Below are positions 50,186 to 59,992 of a stretch of DNA of 64,000 nucleotides, in pieces; position 1 is the stretch's first letter; each line of letters starts with the position of its first letter. The position numbers and the translations under genes were made by a program. Source of the stretch: an uncultured Actinomycetota bacterium (GTDB taxonomy: Bacteria > Actinomycetota > Actinomycetes > JAHEKZ01). The notes under the pieces were generated by a model that was not told the origin of the DNA, ran no database searches, and worked only from the letters and a program-made list of their open reading frames with translations. The DNA lies in assembly GCA_963718235.1 (NCBI GenBank), contig CAVQYR010000001.1:384001-448000 (forward strand). The letters run 5' to 3'.

Positions 50186-51361
50186 CTAGTCGGGCTGCCG
50201 GCTGACGTACTCGGCCATACCCGGAACGGTGAAGGCGATGAGGCCTCGTGAGGGGGCGTAGATCAGCCCCTTCTTGATCAGCTGGTCGCGCGGGACGGAC
50301 AGCTCGTTGCGCTCCTTGCCCAGCGTCTCGGCCACGGTGGCCATCGACAGGGGGGAGTCACCCGCCAGGTCGGACATGGCCCGCATGATGAGCCGCTGGT
50401 TGGGCGTCGCCCGCTGCCATCGAGCGCGGTAGAGGCCCGCATCGACCTCTCGCCGGGCCTGCACCAGCCCGGCCTCGACGTCGGCCGCAGTGATCGGCGA
50501 CTTTGCGGCGTAGTCCCAGGCGTACTTGCCCCCGGTCTGGATGAAGTACGGGTAGCCGTGGCTGAACTCGTCCAGCCGGGCGAGCGCCTCAGGGGTCCAC
50601 TGGACCCCCAGCGCCGCCGCCGGAACGGCCAGCGCGTCGTGGGCGGCGCCCCGGGCCAGTGCACCGATCTCGAGGTACTCGTAGAGGCGTTCGGCGTACG
50701 ACGTGGCCTTCGACAGCACCTCCGGCAGCGAAGGCAGGCCCGCCCCGACCAGGACGAGCGGACGCGGGTCGACACCCTGGCCCAGCTCGTGGACGGCGCT
50801 GTTGAGTGCTCGCAGCTCCTGCGCGGGGACCTCCTGCATCTCGTCGACCAGCAGCAGGACCCCGACCCCGAGGTCGCGCGCGGTGCTGCCCAGGGCGGTG
50901 AACAGCTCGGGGAGGTCGACCGCAGGGTCACCGGTGTCCGCGCGCCCGGGTACGGCCTGCACGTCGAACCCGAAGGAGTAGGTGCCGGTGGGGTCGACCT
51001 TGACCGTGAAGGACCGGAACACCTGCAGCAGCCCGATGACCCGGGAGCGGTCGAACCGGCCGGTGGCGATCCGCAGGGACCGGTGCAGCGACTGGGCCAG
51101 GTAGGGCAGGACCGAACGACCGGCCGCGGCCTCGAGCTTGGCCGTGATCCAGTGCCGTTGCTCGGCCATGCCCTGGAACTCGTTGAGCAGCACGGTCTTG
51201 CCCACGCCGCGCAGTCCGTAGAGGATCCGGCCGCGTTCTCCGTGGCCCAGCTCGCTGCGCTGCATGAGGACGTCGAAGGCGCGCAGCTCGGTGTCGCGTC
51301 CGGCCAGCTCGGGGGGCCGGCGCCCAGCACCGGGTTGGTACGGGTTGTGCACGGGGTCCAT
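50186..51361 (-). CDS. P-loop ATPase (AAA_16/ORC-Cdc6-like) with C-terminal winged helix
   Basis: NPYQPGAG..LAGRD, GLRGVGKT, LLVDEMQ, SYAERL, GYPYFIQ, RDQLIKKGLIY. Confidence 0.85.
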   Translation of the reverse strand: MDPVHNPYQPGAGRRPPELAGRDTELRAFDVLMQRSELGHGERGRILYGLRGVGKTVLLNEFQGMAEQRHWITAKLEAAAGRSVLPYLAQSLHRSLRIATGRFDRSRVIGLLQVFRSFTVKVDPTGTYSFGFDVQAVPGRADTGDPAVDLPELFTALGSTARDLGVGVLLLVDEMQEVPAQELRALNSAVHELGQGVDPRPLVLVGAGLPSLPEVLSKATSYAERLYEYLEIGALARGAAHDALAVPAAALGVQWTPEALARLDEFSHGYPYFIQTGGKYAWDYAAKSPITAADVEAGLVQARREVDAGLYRARWQRATPNQRLIMRAMSDLAGDSPLSMATVAETLGKERNELSVPRDQLIKKGLIYAPSRGLIAFTVPGMAEYVSRQPD

Positions 51362-51382
51362 GAATCAAACTGTATACGAGTA

Positions 51383-51401
51383 CATATGGACTTCCCATAT
51401 G
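51383..51401. promoter_or_regulatory. AT-rich palindrome upstream of the AAA-wHTH gene
   Basis: CATATGG-acttc-CCATATG, just upstream of the minus-strand TACAGT-N7-ATG. Confidence 0.55.
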
Positions 51402-51420
51402 CTGGCGGAGAAGCGCTGGC

Positions 51421-52341
51421 CTACACCCCTGGCAGCAGCTGAAAGTCCCACCCGACGACTGCGGGGTGCCCCGCTTTGGCGGCGTTCGCGGCTTCGGGCA
51501 CCCAGGGGTGCAGCTCCCAGATGTCCGGCGGGCCCGGGGTCAGCGGTTCGGGCGTCTCATCAGGCTCAACCGTGCGGTCGTCGCGGTACGTCTCCTCGCA
51601 GGCTCGGACGACGTAGCCGTGCGGCAGCGCAGCGCGAAGGTAGTCCCCGAGGCCGTGGCTGTAGCCGGCGATGTGCCCGATGCGACCGTCCGGTGACTCC
51701 TTGATGAGCGGGTACCTGTTCGAACCCGTGAAGTGGCCACGAGTGTCGAGCAGGAGCAGGTGCCCGCCAGGCCGCATCACCCGCGCGGTCTCGGCGAAGA
51801 ACAGGTCGAGGTCGCGCAGGTGAGCCAGCGCCAAGCTGCACACCACATGATCGACGTCCCCGTCGGGTAGTGGCAGGTCAATGAGGTCTCCCGCGAAGAA
51901 GCGGGCCTGAGGCACAGCCTTCCGGGCGCGGGCGAGCATCGCGTGCGAGATGTCTACGCCGATGACCTCGTGCCCTAGTGCCACCAGCTGCTGCGCAACT
52001 GCACCGGTGCCGCATGCGGCATCGAGCGCGCGTCCCCGACTCAGGCGTTCGAGCATTGGTGAGAGCACGCTGTCGCGCATCGGAAAGCAGCCGTTGTCCT
52101 CACCGTCGTAGGTCATGGCCCAGCCGTCATAGCCGTCGGCCACTGGAAGTGGAGCAGTGTCGATCCCGGGCCCGAAGTCCTCGGCTCTGCTGAGCAGCTC
52201 GCGCACCTCGGCGATCCTGGCCTCGGTGAACGCGCGGTCATACTCCCCGGCGAAGGCGCGCATGAGCGCAACGCCTTCGAGCCCCAGCAGGTACGCCAGC
52301 GGATGCTGGTGGATGGTCGGGCCGGTCGGCGTGTCCGTCAC
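51421..52341 (-). CDS. class I SAM-dependent methyltransferase
   Basis: [23 protein letters not shown]. Confidence 0.9.
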   Translation of the reverse strand: MTDTPTGPTIHQHPLAYLLGLEGVALMRAFAGEYDRAFTEARIAEVRELLSRAEDFGPGIDTAPLPVADGYDGWAMTYDGEDNGCFPMRDSVLSPMLERLSRGRALDAACGTGAVAQQLVALGHEVIGVDISHAMLARARKAVPQARFFAGDLIDLPLPDGDVDHVVCSLALAHLRDLDLFFAETARVMRPGGHLLLLDTRGHFTGSNRYPLIKESPDGRIGHIAGYSHGLGDYLRAALPHGYVVRACEETYRDDRTVEPDETPEPLTPGPPDIWELHPWVPEAANAAKAGHPAVVGWDFQLLPGV

Positions 52342-52490
52342 AGCTGCGATCCTGCGACGAGGTCGTGGCGGATGACAACCGGGTTACCCACGAAGGCCGA
52401 TGCCATGCCCACTTGCCAGGTACGACTCGATCATCGACAGCAGGGACGGATCTGGCGACGGACAACGGACCGTGCTGGCCCCGAACGACC

Positions 52491-52527
52491 CCAGCCGGTG
52501 TCTCTGAGCTGCAGAGACACCGGCTGG
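52491..52527 (-). terminator. 16-bp perfect hairpin after tRNA-Pro
   Basis: CCAGCCGGTGTCTCTG-agctg-CAGAGACACCGGCTGG, 3 bp past the CCA end. Confidence 0.7.
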
Positions 52528-52530
52528 ATC

Positions 52531-52610
<80 letters not shown>

Positions 52611-52700
52611 CCGCACCCGGTCGTCGACCTCGACGGCCCGGCGAGTCTAGCCGAGCGGCTCTGGGGGGCCGAACGAGGTCGCGGCGGCCGGAGTCGGCGG

Positions 52701-53594
52701 TCAGGACTGCGGCAGGAGGGTGAGCAGGGTGGCTTCGGGGCGACAGGCGAACCTCACTGGGGCGAGCGGCGAGCAGCCCAGGCCGGCAGACACGTGCAAC
52801 CAGCTCTCGCTGGCACCGCTAGCGATGCGGCTCAGCCCCTTGGCCTGGCGTGGGCTGAGGTCGCAGTTCGTGACCAGGGCTCCCCAGCCGGGCACACACA
52901 CCTGGCCGCCGTGGGTGTGGCCGGCCAGGATCAGCGGGACCTGGTCGTCGGCCATCGCCTCGACGACGCGCAGGTACGGGGCATGCGTCACGCCGAGGGT
53001 GAGGTCGGCCTGCGGGTCCGGGGGAGCGGAGACGTCGTCGTAGCGGTCCCGGTAGATGTGCGGGTCGTCAACGCCCACGAGCTCGACGACGCGGTCGCCG
53101 GCCTTGAGCGTGGTCCGCGCGTTGTTCAGGTCGACCCAGCCGGAGGCCGTCAGCGCGTCGCGCAGGTCGGTCCACGGGAGCGGCCGCCCGTAGACCTTCG
53201 GCGCGGCCGGGTTGAAGTACCGCAACGGGTTCTTCAGCACCGGTCCGTAGTAGTCGTTGGACCCCATGACGAACACGCCTGGGACCTCGAGCAGCGGCTC
53301 GAGGGCATCCAGGACCCAGGGGACGGCGTCGACGTGGGCGAGGTTGTCCCCGGTGTCGACGACGAGGTCGGGCTCGAGTGCGGCCAGACGACGGACCCAC
53401 TCACGCTTGGCCCGCTGGTCGGGGGTCAGGTGCAGGTCGCTGAGGTGCAGGACCCGCAGGGGCCGCTCGCCAGCCGGCAGGACCGGCACCTCGACCCGCC
53501 GAAGCGTGAACTGCCCGGCCTCCCACAGGCTGTACGCGAGCCCCGCGGTCGCCGTTGCGGCGAGCGCGAGTGAGGCGTTGACGAGGCGATGCAT
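52701..53594 (-). CDS. metallophosphoesterase
   Basis: HLSDLH, TGDNL, GSND, GHTHGGQ. Confidence 0.92.
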   Translation of the reverse strand: MHRLVNASLALAATATAGLAYSLWEAGQFTLRRVEVPVLPAGERPLRVLHLSDLHLTPDQRAKREWVRRLAALEPDLVVDTGDNLAHVDAVPWVLDALEPLLEVPGVFVMGSNDYYGPVLKNPLRYFNPAAPKVYGRPLPWTDLRDALTASGWVDLNNARTTLKAGDRVVELVGVDDPHIYRDRYDDVSAPPDPQADLTLGVTHAPYLRVVEAMADDQVPLILAGHTHGGQVCVPGWGALVTNCDLSPRQAKGLSRIASGASESWLHVSAGLGCSPLAPVRFACRPEATLLTLLPQS

Positions 53595-53676
53595 CCCCGA
53601 AGTGTGTCACCGCCCGCGGCGGGCTTGGGCACACAACCCGGTGTCCTGAGGCCATGGTCTGCGGGAGACTGGCTTC

Positions 53677-54132
53677 ATGACCACCCTGAAGGAGCAGTTG
53701 CACGCCGACCTGACCACTGCGATGAAGTCCCGCGACGAGCTCACCACCGCCACCCTGCGGATGGTCCTGACCGCGGTGACCAACGAGGAGGTCGCCGGCA
53801 AGCAGGCCCGCACGCTCAGCGACGACGACGTACAGGTCGTCGTCCGACGGGAGATCAAGAAGCGCAAGGAGGCTGCCGCAGCGTTCGCCGACGCCGGGCG
53901 TGCGGAGCAGGCGCAGCGTGAGTCGGCGGAGGCCACGGTGCTCGAGGCCTACCTGCCGGCCCAGCTGAGCGACGACGAGCTCGCGCGGCTTGTCGAAGCG
54001 GCGGTCGCATCGGTCGACGCGAGTGGTCCGCAGGCGATGGGTGCGGTCATGAAGGCGGTGACACCGGTCGTGGCCGGTCGGGCTGACGGCGGACGAGTGG
54101 CTGCTGCGGTGCGCGCCGCGCTCAGCCGCTAG
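53677..54132 (+). CDS. GatB/YqeY domain protein
   Basis: AMKSRD..TLRM, YLPAQLS, MGAVMK, GRADG. Confidence 0.93.
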   Translation: MTTLKEQLHADLTTAMKSRDELTTATLRMVLTAVTNEEVAGKQARTLSDDDVQVVVRREIKKRKEAAAAFADAGRAEQAQRESAEATVLEAYLPAQLSDDELARLVEAAVASVDASGPQAMGAVMKAVTPVVAGRADGGRVAAAVRAALSR

Positions 54133-54137
54133 TGCGC

Positions 54138-56540
54138 TCAGCCACCCCCGCCGCCGCCACCCCCGCCACCCCCGCCGTTTCCGGGCGAGGCATTCGGCGA
54201 GGGCGACTCCGGCTTGGGCTTCTTGGACTCCGACGGCTTCGGCGACGGAGAGGGAGCCGGTGGTATGCCGTTGCTCAGGTAGAGCGTGACCGTGGTGCCC
54301 GAGATCGTCGACCCGCCGGCGCCGGGCGAGCTGTAGGCCACCGTGCCTTCGGCCTGTGAGCTGTAGACCCGGGTCGACGAGACGGTGCCGAGCAGACCGA
54401 CCTTCTCCAGCTGTTTCAGCGCCTCGGTGGGCGACAGCCCGGCGAGGTAGGGCACCGGTACCTGCAGCCCGACGATTGCCGCTGGGTCCTCGGCGACGAA
54501 GGACGACGGCGGGGTGTCGGCGAGCGCGCCCATCATGGCCTGCTGCCAGATCGGTCCTGGCAGGTCGCGACCGTAGACGACCGAGTAGTACTCGCCATTG
54601 ATCACCACGTCGCGCAGCGGGTACGCGTAGGGGCCGCGCGGGTCGGAGACGGTGGCCGCCGCGGCGAGGTCTGGGGTGTAGCCGGCGAACCACACGGCCG
54701 CGTTGGTGTCGATCGTCCCGGTCTTGGCTGCGGCGGGCCTGCTCAGGCCCATGCCGTTGCCTGTGCGGTAGGGGATGGACTCGTCGTCCAGCACCCCGGC
54801 CAGCACGCTGTTGACCGCGTCGGCGACCGGCTGGTCCATCACCTGCTTGCACTGTCGCCCGGAGGCGGCCACGACCTCTCGCTCGGTGTTGCGCACCACG
54901 GTGATGGCCCGCGGATCGCAGTAGCGCCCACGGGCCCCGAACGTCGCGTAGGCGTTGGCCAGGGTCAACGGTGCGACCTCGTCGGTACCCAACGTGAACG
55001 ACGCATTCATCCCTACCGGGCTGCCGTCGGTCTGGTGCACCCCCAGCCGCTCGGCCATGTCGACCGCGGAGCAGACGCCGATCCGCAGCTCCAGCTCGCT
55101 GAAGAACGTGTTGACCGACATCGCGGTGCCCGTGCGCATCGTGTAGGTGCCGCCGCTGCTGATGGTGGAGTTGCCGACCGGCCAGGTGTCGAGCAGAGGA
55201 TTGCCGTCGCAGTCGGTGAAGGCTCCGGACGGGTACTCCTTCGACAGCGGGGCGTAGATCGGGGTGTCGACCGGCAGGCCCTTCTCGATGGCGGCGGCCA
55301 GCGTGAAGGCCTTGAACGTCGAGCCGGCGCTCCAGCCGACCGGGCTGCCGTTCTGGGCGGCGTCGACGTTGTAGTTGACGAAGGTGTTGTTCTTGCCGTT
55401 GCCGTAGCCACGGTTCTGCGCCATCGCGACGACATTTCCCGTGCCCGGCTCGACCATCGAGATGGCGGCCACCTTGCCGTCACTGGCCTCCGCCGGGACC
55501 ATGGAGTCGACGGCCTTCTGCGCCGCCTCCTGGGCCTCGGGGTCGAGCGTGGTCTTGATCGTGACCCCACCGCGCAGCAGCAGCGCGCGGCGCGCGGCGC
55601 GGGTCTCGCCGAACTGCTTGTCGTCGAGGAAGGTCAGCAGCGCATAGTCGCAGAAGAAGGGGGCCCACGACGAGATGCAGCCGTTCGACGCGGTGCTCGG
55701 CTCCAGCAGCCGCCTGACCGGCTTGGCCCGCGCCCGGGCGAGCTGGGCGCTGGAGATCATGTTCTCCGACGCCATCCGGCCGAGCACGAGCGACCGTCGC
55801 TCCTGGCTTGCTGCCGGGTTCTCCAGCGGGTCGTACGCGGTGGGGTTCTGCACGATCCCGGCCAGGGTCGCCGCCTCGGCGATGGTCAGCGAGTCGGCGC
55901 TGGTGGAGAAGTAGCGGCGGGCGGCCGCCTCGACGCCGTACGCGCCCGCGCCGAAGTAGGCGATGTTGAGGTAGCCCTCGAGGATCTGCTGCTTGGTCCA
56001 CCGCTGCTCCAGACCGAGGGCCAGGCGCAGCTCACGGATCTTGCGGCTGATCGTCTGCTCGCTGGCCGCCTCGCGCTCGGCCTTGGTCTGCGCGGTGAGA
56101 GCCAGCACGTTCTTGACGTACTGCTGGGTCAGGGTCGAGCCGCCCTGGGTCACCCCGCCGGACTGGGAGTTCACCACCAACGCCCGCAGGGTGCCTCGGA
56201 TGTCGACCCCGTTGTGCTCGTAGAAGCGCGCGTCCTCCACCGCCACGATCGCGTCCTGCATCGGTTCCGCGATGGCGGAGAGGGGCACGTAGATGCGGTT
56301 CTGGTCGTAGAAGCGGGCGAGCACCGTGCCGTCGGCGGCCAGCATCCGCGAGCGCTGGGGAAGCACCGGCTCCTGGAGCACCCCCGGCAGGGCGGAGAAC
56401 GACTCGGCGCCGCGCTGGGCGCTGACCCCGATCAGCCCGATCGCCGGCAGGGCGATCCCGGCGGCCAGCACGCCGCAGAGCACGCTCAGCCCGACGAACA
56501 GGGCGGCGCGCACGACGACACCGCCGCGGGGGGAAGCCAC
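54138..56540 (-). CDS. ponA: class A penicillin-binding protein with PASTA domain (PonA2-like)
   Basis: EDARFYEH, GGSTLTQQYVKN, RKIRE, YLN; STFK, SVN, KTGT; C-terminal PASTA and Pro/Gly tail. Confidence 0.95.
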   Translation of the reverse strand: MASPRGGVVVRAALFVGLSVLCGVLAAGIALPAIGLIGVSAQRGAESFSALPGVLQEPVLPQRSRMLAADGTVLARFYDQNRIYVPLSAIAEPMQDAIVAVEDARFYEHNGVDIRGTLRALVVNSQSGGVTQGGSTLTQQYVKNVLALTAQTKAEREAASEQTISRKIRELRLALGLEQRWTKQQILEGYLNIAYFGAGAYGVEAAARRYFSTSADSLTIAEAATLAGIVQNPTAYDPLENPAASQERRSLVLGRMASENMISSAQLARARAKPVRRLLEPSTASNGCISSWAPFFCDYALLTFLDDKQFGETRAARRALLLRGGVTIKTTLDPEAQEAAQKAVDSMVPAEASDGKVAAISMVEPGTGNVVAMAQNRGYGNGKNNTFVNYNVDAAQNGSPVGWSAGSTFKAFTLAAAIEKGLPVDTPIYAPLSKEYPSGAFTDCDGNPLLDTWPVGNSTISSGGTYTMRTGTAMSVNTFFSELELRIGVCSAVDMAERLGVHQTDGSPVGMNASFTLGTDEVAPLTLANAYATFGARGRYCDPRAITVVRNTEREVVAASGRQCKQVMDQPVADAVNSVLAGVLDDESIPYRTGNGMGLSRPAAAKTGTIDTNAAVWFAGYTPDLAAAATVSDPRGPYAYPLRDVVINGEYYSVVYGRDLPGPIWQQAMMGALADTPPSSFVAEDPAAIVGLQVPVPYLAGLSPTEALKQLEKVGLLGTVSSTRVYSSQAEGTVAYSSPGAGGSTISGTTVTLYLSNGIPPAPSPSPKPSESKKPKPESPSPNASPGNGGGGGGGGGGGG

Positions 56541-56625
56541 GACGGTCAGGGTAGTCGAGCCGAGTCGAGATCCAGGCCGGTTGCGCCGGTCGGGCGACCG
56601 TGTTCTTGGCGATGCGTGACACGTT

Positions 56626-56781
56626 GGTCACTCTGAGTGTTCGTAGTCCCTCCGGACTACCGAGATTCCCCCATTCGGGCCTGTCGGGCCCCCGCCCATA
56701 GCCCTACCGTTCCGATCACACGCCGTGACCATGGAGGGTGGTCCACGGAGGTGAGGGTTCCGAGAGGTCACGCTGAGTAGG
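56626..56781. promoter_or_regulatory. three BldD-box-like sequences in the ponA/whiB4 divergent region
   Basis: GGTCACTCTGAGT (56626) and GGTCACGCTGAGT (56766), 140 bp apart; TCAC-N5-GTGA at 56716-56728. Confidence 0.45.
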
Positions 56782-56841
56782 GGATTCGGGTCAGCGGCGG
56801 CCGAGGGTCTCGGGGCACCGGTGAGCAAGGGGGAGAACGGC

Positions 56842-57147
56842 ATGGTTTGGATTGAGGACTGGTCGGCCCAGGCAGCGTGCCGGGCGACCGACCCGGACGC
56901 CCTGTTCGTGCAGGGCGCGGCCCAGAACCGGGCGAAGATGGTGTGTCAGGGCTGTCCGGTGCGCACCGAGTGCCTGGCCGACTCGCTGGACAACGGGATC
57001 GAGTTCGGGGTCTGGGGAGGCATGACCGAGCGTGAGCGCCGGGCGCTGCTCCGCCGGCGTCCGAACGTCACCTCCTGGCGTCGCCTGCTGGAGGTCGCAC
57101 TCACCGACTTCGAGCGGACCGGCGAGCTCGAGCGCGCCGTCAGCTGA
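56842..57147 (+). CDS. whiB4: WhiB family regulator (WhiB4/WblA)
   Basis: Four Cys, DPDALFVQGAAQNRAK, GVWGGMTERERR; position between ponA and the ArsA pair. Confidence 0.92.
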   Translation: MVWIEDWSAQAACRATDPDALFVQGAAQNRAKMVCQGCPVRTECLADSLDNGIEFGVWGGMTERERRALLRRRPNVTSWRRLLEVALTDFERTGELERAVS

Positions 57148-57156
57148 GCCGCGGCC

Positions 57157-58302
57157 TCACGGGGTCGCCAGGTCTGCGGCCACCGCGCGCAGCCCGGGCA
57201 GGTCGTGCACGTCACCGGCCAGCGCCGACGCCCTGGCCACGGCGACGTCCGGGTGCGCGCGGCCGAAGCGCTCGAGCAGGTGCTGCTCGCGGGCGATGAC
57301 CCGCATCCGATGAGCGTGCAACCGCAGCAGTGAGGCGGCCAGCGGGTGCTGCCTGCCCTTGGCCAACGACTCCGCCGCGCCAGCAGCACGGTCGGCGGAC
57401 AGGTCGTCGGCCCCTGTCTCGTGGGTTCGGTTCAGGACGAGCCCGGCCAACGGCATGGCATCGGACTGCAGCCGTTCGACGAAGTACGACGCCTCCCGAA
57501 GCGCGTCGCGTTCGGGCGTGGCGACCACGACGAACGACGTCCCCTCTGCCTGCAGCAGCGAGTAGGTGACCTCGGCCCGCTCGCGGAACCCGCCGAACAC
57601 CGAGTCCAGGCCGGCCACGAGCGTCTGCAGGTCGTTGAGCAGCTGGGCACCGAGGATCTTGTTCAACGCACCGGAGACCAGACCGAACCCGGCTCCCAGC
57701 ATGCGCACGTATGCCCGCCCACCCACCCGGGCCGGCGCCGTCAGCAGCCGGGCGAAGCGACCGTCGAGGAACGAGCCGAGCCGTTGTGGTGCGTCCAGGA
57801 AGTCCAGCGCCGAGCGGCTGGGCGGCGTGTCGACGACGATGAGGTCCCAGTCGCCGCCGTCCAGGGACTCCCGGTGCAGCTGCCCGAGCTTCTCCATCGC
57901 CATGTACTCCTGCGTGCCGGCGAAGCTGCTCGACATCGACTGGTACAGCGGGTTGGCCTGGATCTGGGCCGCGCGCTGGGGATCGGCGTGCTGCTCGACG
58001 ATCTCGTCGAACGTGCGCTTCATGTCCAGCATCATCGCGAACAGCGTCCCGCCGCTCGCGCCTTCGAGGCCGCGGATCTCCCGCGGGGTGTTGTCGAGCT
58101 CGGCGAGGCCCAGCGACTGGGCCAGTCGACGTGCTGGGTCGATCGTGAGCACGCACACGCGTCGACCACGCTCGGCGGCGCGCACGCCCAGTGCGGCCGA
58201 CGTCGTGGTCTTGCCCACGCCCCCCGAGCCGCAGCACACGATGATGTGCGTGGCCGGGTCGTCGAGCAGCGTGTCGACGTCGAACGTCTCCTGGGAGCTC
58301 AC
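57157..58302 (-). CDS. ArsA/Get3-like anion-transporting ATPase family
   Basis: GSGGVGKTT, TIDPARRL, VDTPP. Confidence 0.92.
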   Translation of the reverse strand: MSSQETFDVDTLLDDPATHIIVCCGSGGVGKTTTSAALGVRAAERGRRVCVLTIDPARRLAQSLGLAELDNTPREIRGLEGASGGTLFAMMLDMKRTFDEIVEQHADPQRAAQIQANPLYQSMSSSFAGTQEYMAMEKLGQLHRESLDGGDWDLIVVDTPPSRSALDFLDAPQRLGSFLDGRFARLLTAPARVGGRAYVRMLGAGFGLVSGALNKILGAQLLNDLQTLVAGLDSVFGGFRERAEVTYSLLQAEGTSFVVVATPERDALREASYFVERLQSDAMPLAGLVLNRTHETGADDLSADRAAGAAESLAKGRQHPLAASLLRLHAHRMRVIAREQHLLERFGRAHPDVAVARASALAGDVHDLPGLRAVAADLATP

Positions 58303-59303
58303 CGGACCCCCTGGTCGTTCATGGCGTCAGCCAGCTCGTACAGGCTCGACAGGTCGATCCCGTCAGCCAGCCACGGCAGCTCGAACAGCGGGCGTTCCAT
58401 CGCCTTGAGCGCCTTGCGCTCCTGACGTTCGAGCAGGACCCGCTCGGCATGCTCGGCGGCCTCACCCAGGAGCGCCGACATGACGTGTGGGGAGTGGGAG
58501 ATTCCTGCCGCGGCCAGCCCTTCGGCGATCGCGATCTGGTCGAGCGTCCCTTTGCGGGCTTGCAGGAGTGCGGTCCCCTTGAGCATCGGTGGGCGCACCA
58601 TGTTGACGAAGATCCCTCCGACCGGCAGCCCGGCAGCGCGCAGCTCGAAGACGCCGTCCATGGTCTCCTGCGTGGGCATCTCTTCCAGCACGGTCGCCAG
58701 ATGGACTGCGGTTCGCGGTGAGCGCAGCAGCTCCATGATCGAGTCGGCCTGCCGCTTGATCGGTCCGACCTTCGTAACGCCGGCGACCTCGCTGTTGACG
58801 TTGAGAAAACGCGTGATCCGTCCGGTCGGGGGAGCGTCGAGGACGACCGCGTCGTACACGGGGTTCTGGTCGTGGCGGCGTCGTACGGCCTCGTAGGCCT
58901 TGCCGGTGAGCAGGACGTCGCGCACCCCTGGGGCCACGGTCGTGGCGAACTCGACCATGCCGATCTTGCGCAGGGCCCTTCCTGCTCGGCCCAGGTGGTA
59001 GTACATGTCGAGGTACTCCAGGAGCGCGGCCTCCGGGTCGACCGCCAGGGCCAGCACGTCGCCACCGTTGCGGGCGACCGCGACTTTGCGCTCCTCGTAG
59101 GGAAGCGGCGGTACGTCGAACACCTGGGCGATGCCCTGCCGGCCCTCGACCTCCATCAGCAGAACCTGCTGACCGTCGGCGGCGAGCGCGAGCGCCAGGG
59201 CAGCTGCAACCGTCGTCTTGCCTGTCCCACCCTTGCCGGTGACCACGTGCAGCCGGACCCCGCGCAGGTCGGAGAGCGGCTGGCCGAGGGCAGTTGGCGT
59301 CAC
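58299..59303 (-). CDS. ArsA/Get3-like ATPase (partner subunit)
   Basis: TGKGGTGKTT, LDAPPTG, EEMP. Confidence 0.92.
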   Translation of the reverse strand: MTPTALGQPLSDLRGVRLHVVTGKGGTGKTTVAAALALALAADGQQVLLMEVEGRQGIAQVFDVPPLPYEERKVAVARNGGDVLALAVDPEAALLEYLDMYYHLGRAGRALRKIGMVEFATTVAPGVRDVLLTGKAYEAVRRRHDQNPVYDAVVLDAPPTGRITRFLNVNSEVAGVTKVGPIKRQADSIMELLRSPRTAVHLATVLEEMPTQETMDGVFELRAAGLPVGGIFVNMVRPPMLKGTALLQARKGTLDQIAIAEGLAAAGISHSPHVMSALLGEAAEHAERVLLERQERKALKAMERPLFELPWLADGIDLSSLYELADAMNDQGVR

Positions 59304-59341
59304 ATCCGCACCCTAGGCCAGGGGGCGTTAGGGTGCGTTTC

Positions 59342-59497
59342 ATGACGACCTGGGAGTACGCGACGGTTCCACTGCTCGTGCACGCGACCAAGCAGATCCT
59401 CGACACCTGGGGACAGGACGGCTGGGAGCTGGTCACCGTGGTGCCCGGGCCGAACGCCGAGCAGCTCGTCGCCTACCTCAAGCGTCCGTCGAGCTGA
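59342..59497 (+). CDS. DUF4177 domain small protein
   Basis: MTTWEYATVPLLVHATKQILDTWGQDGWELV..YLKRP. Confidence 0.88.
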   Translation: MTTWEYATVPLLVHATKQILDTWGQDGWELVTVVPGPNAEQLVAYLKRPSS

Positions 59498-59519
59498 CCG
59501 ACCGAACCCTAGGAGTCCC

Positions 59520-59981
59520 ATGAGCACGCCCGAAGACCGACTTGCGGCGATGGGGCTGTCGGTCCCTGAGGTCGTCAAGCCGCTGGCCGCCTACGTTCCG
59601 GCCGTGCGCAGCGGCTCCTACGTCTACACCTCCGGACAGCTCCCGATGGTCGACGGGGTCATGCCGGCGACCGGCAAGGTCGGTGCCGAGGTGACCCCGG
59701 AGAAGGCCAAGGACCTCGCCCGCCAGTGTGCGCTCAACGCCCTGGCCGCCGTCCGGTCGGAGATCGGTGAGCTGTCCTTGGTCACCCGGGTGGTCAAGGT
59801 CGTCGGATTCGTCGCGAGCGCACCTGAGTTCACCGGTCAGCCCGGTGTGGTCAACGGGGCCAGTGAGCTGCTCGGCGAGGTGTTCGGCGATGCGGGCGTT
59901 CATGCCCGGAGCGCGGTCGGCGTGGCGTCGCTGCCGCTCGATGCACCGGTCGAGGTCGAGATCATCGTCGAGGTCGGCTGA
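59520..59981 (+). CDS. RidA family protein
   Basis: YVPAV, SGQLP, NGASELL, HARSAVG, PVEVE. Confidence 0.93.
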   Translation: MSTPEDRLAAMGLSVPEVVKPLAAYVPAVRSGSYVYTSGQLPMVDGVMPATGKVGAEVTPEKAKDLARQCALNALAAVRSEIGELSLVTRVVKVVGFVASAPEFTGQPGVVNGASELLGEVFGDAGVHARSAVGVASLPLDAPVEVEIIVEVG

Positions 59982-59992
59982 CCGTCAGTGCC

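Noticed and set aside
54141-54260. Poly-Gly and Pro/Ser/Lys tail of PonA
   Set aside because: Low-complexity tails are ordinary in actinobacterial class A PBPs
56615-56632. CGTGA-N8-TCACT as a CRP site
   Set aside because: The spacer is 8 nt rather than the 6 nt of the TGTGA-N6-TCACA consensus
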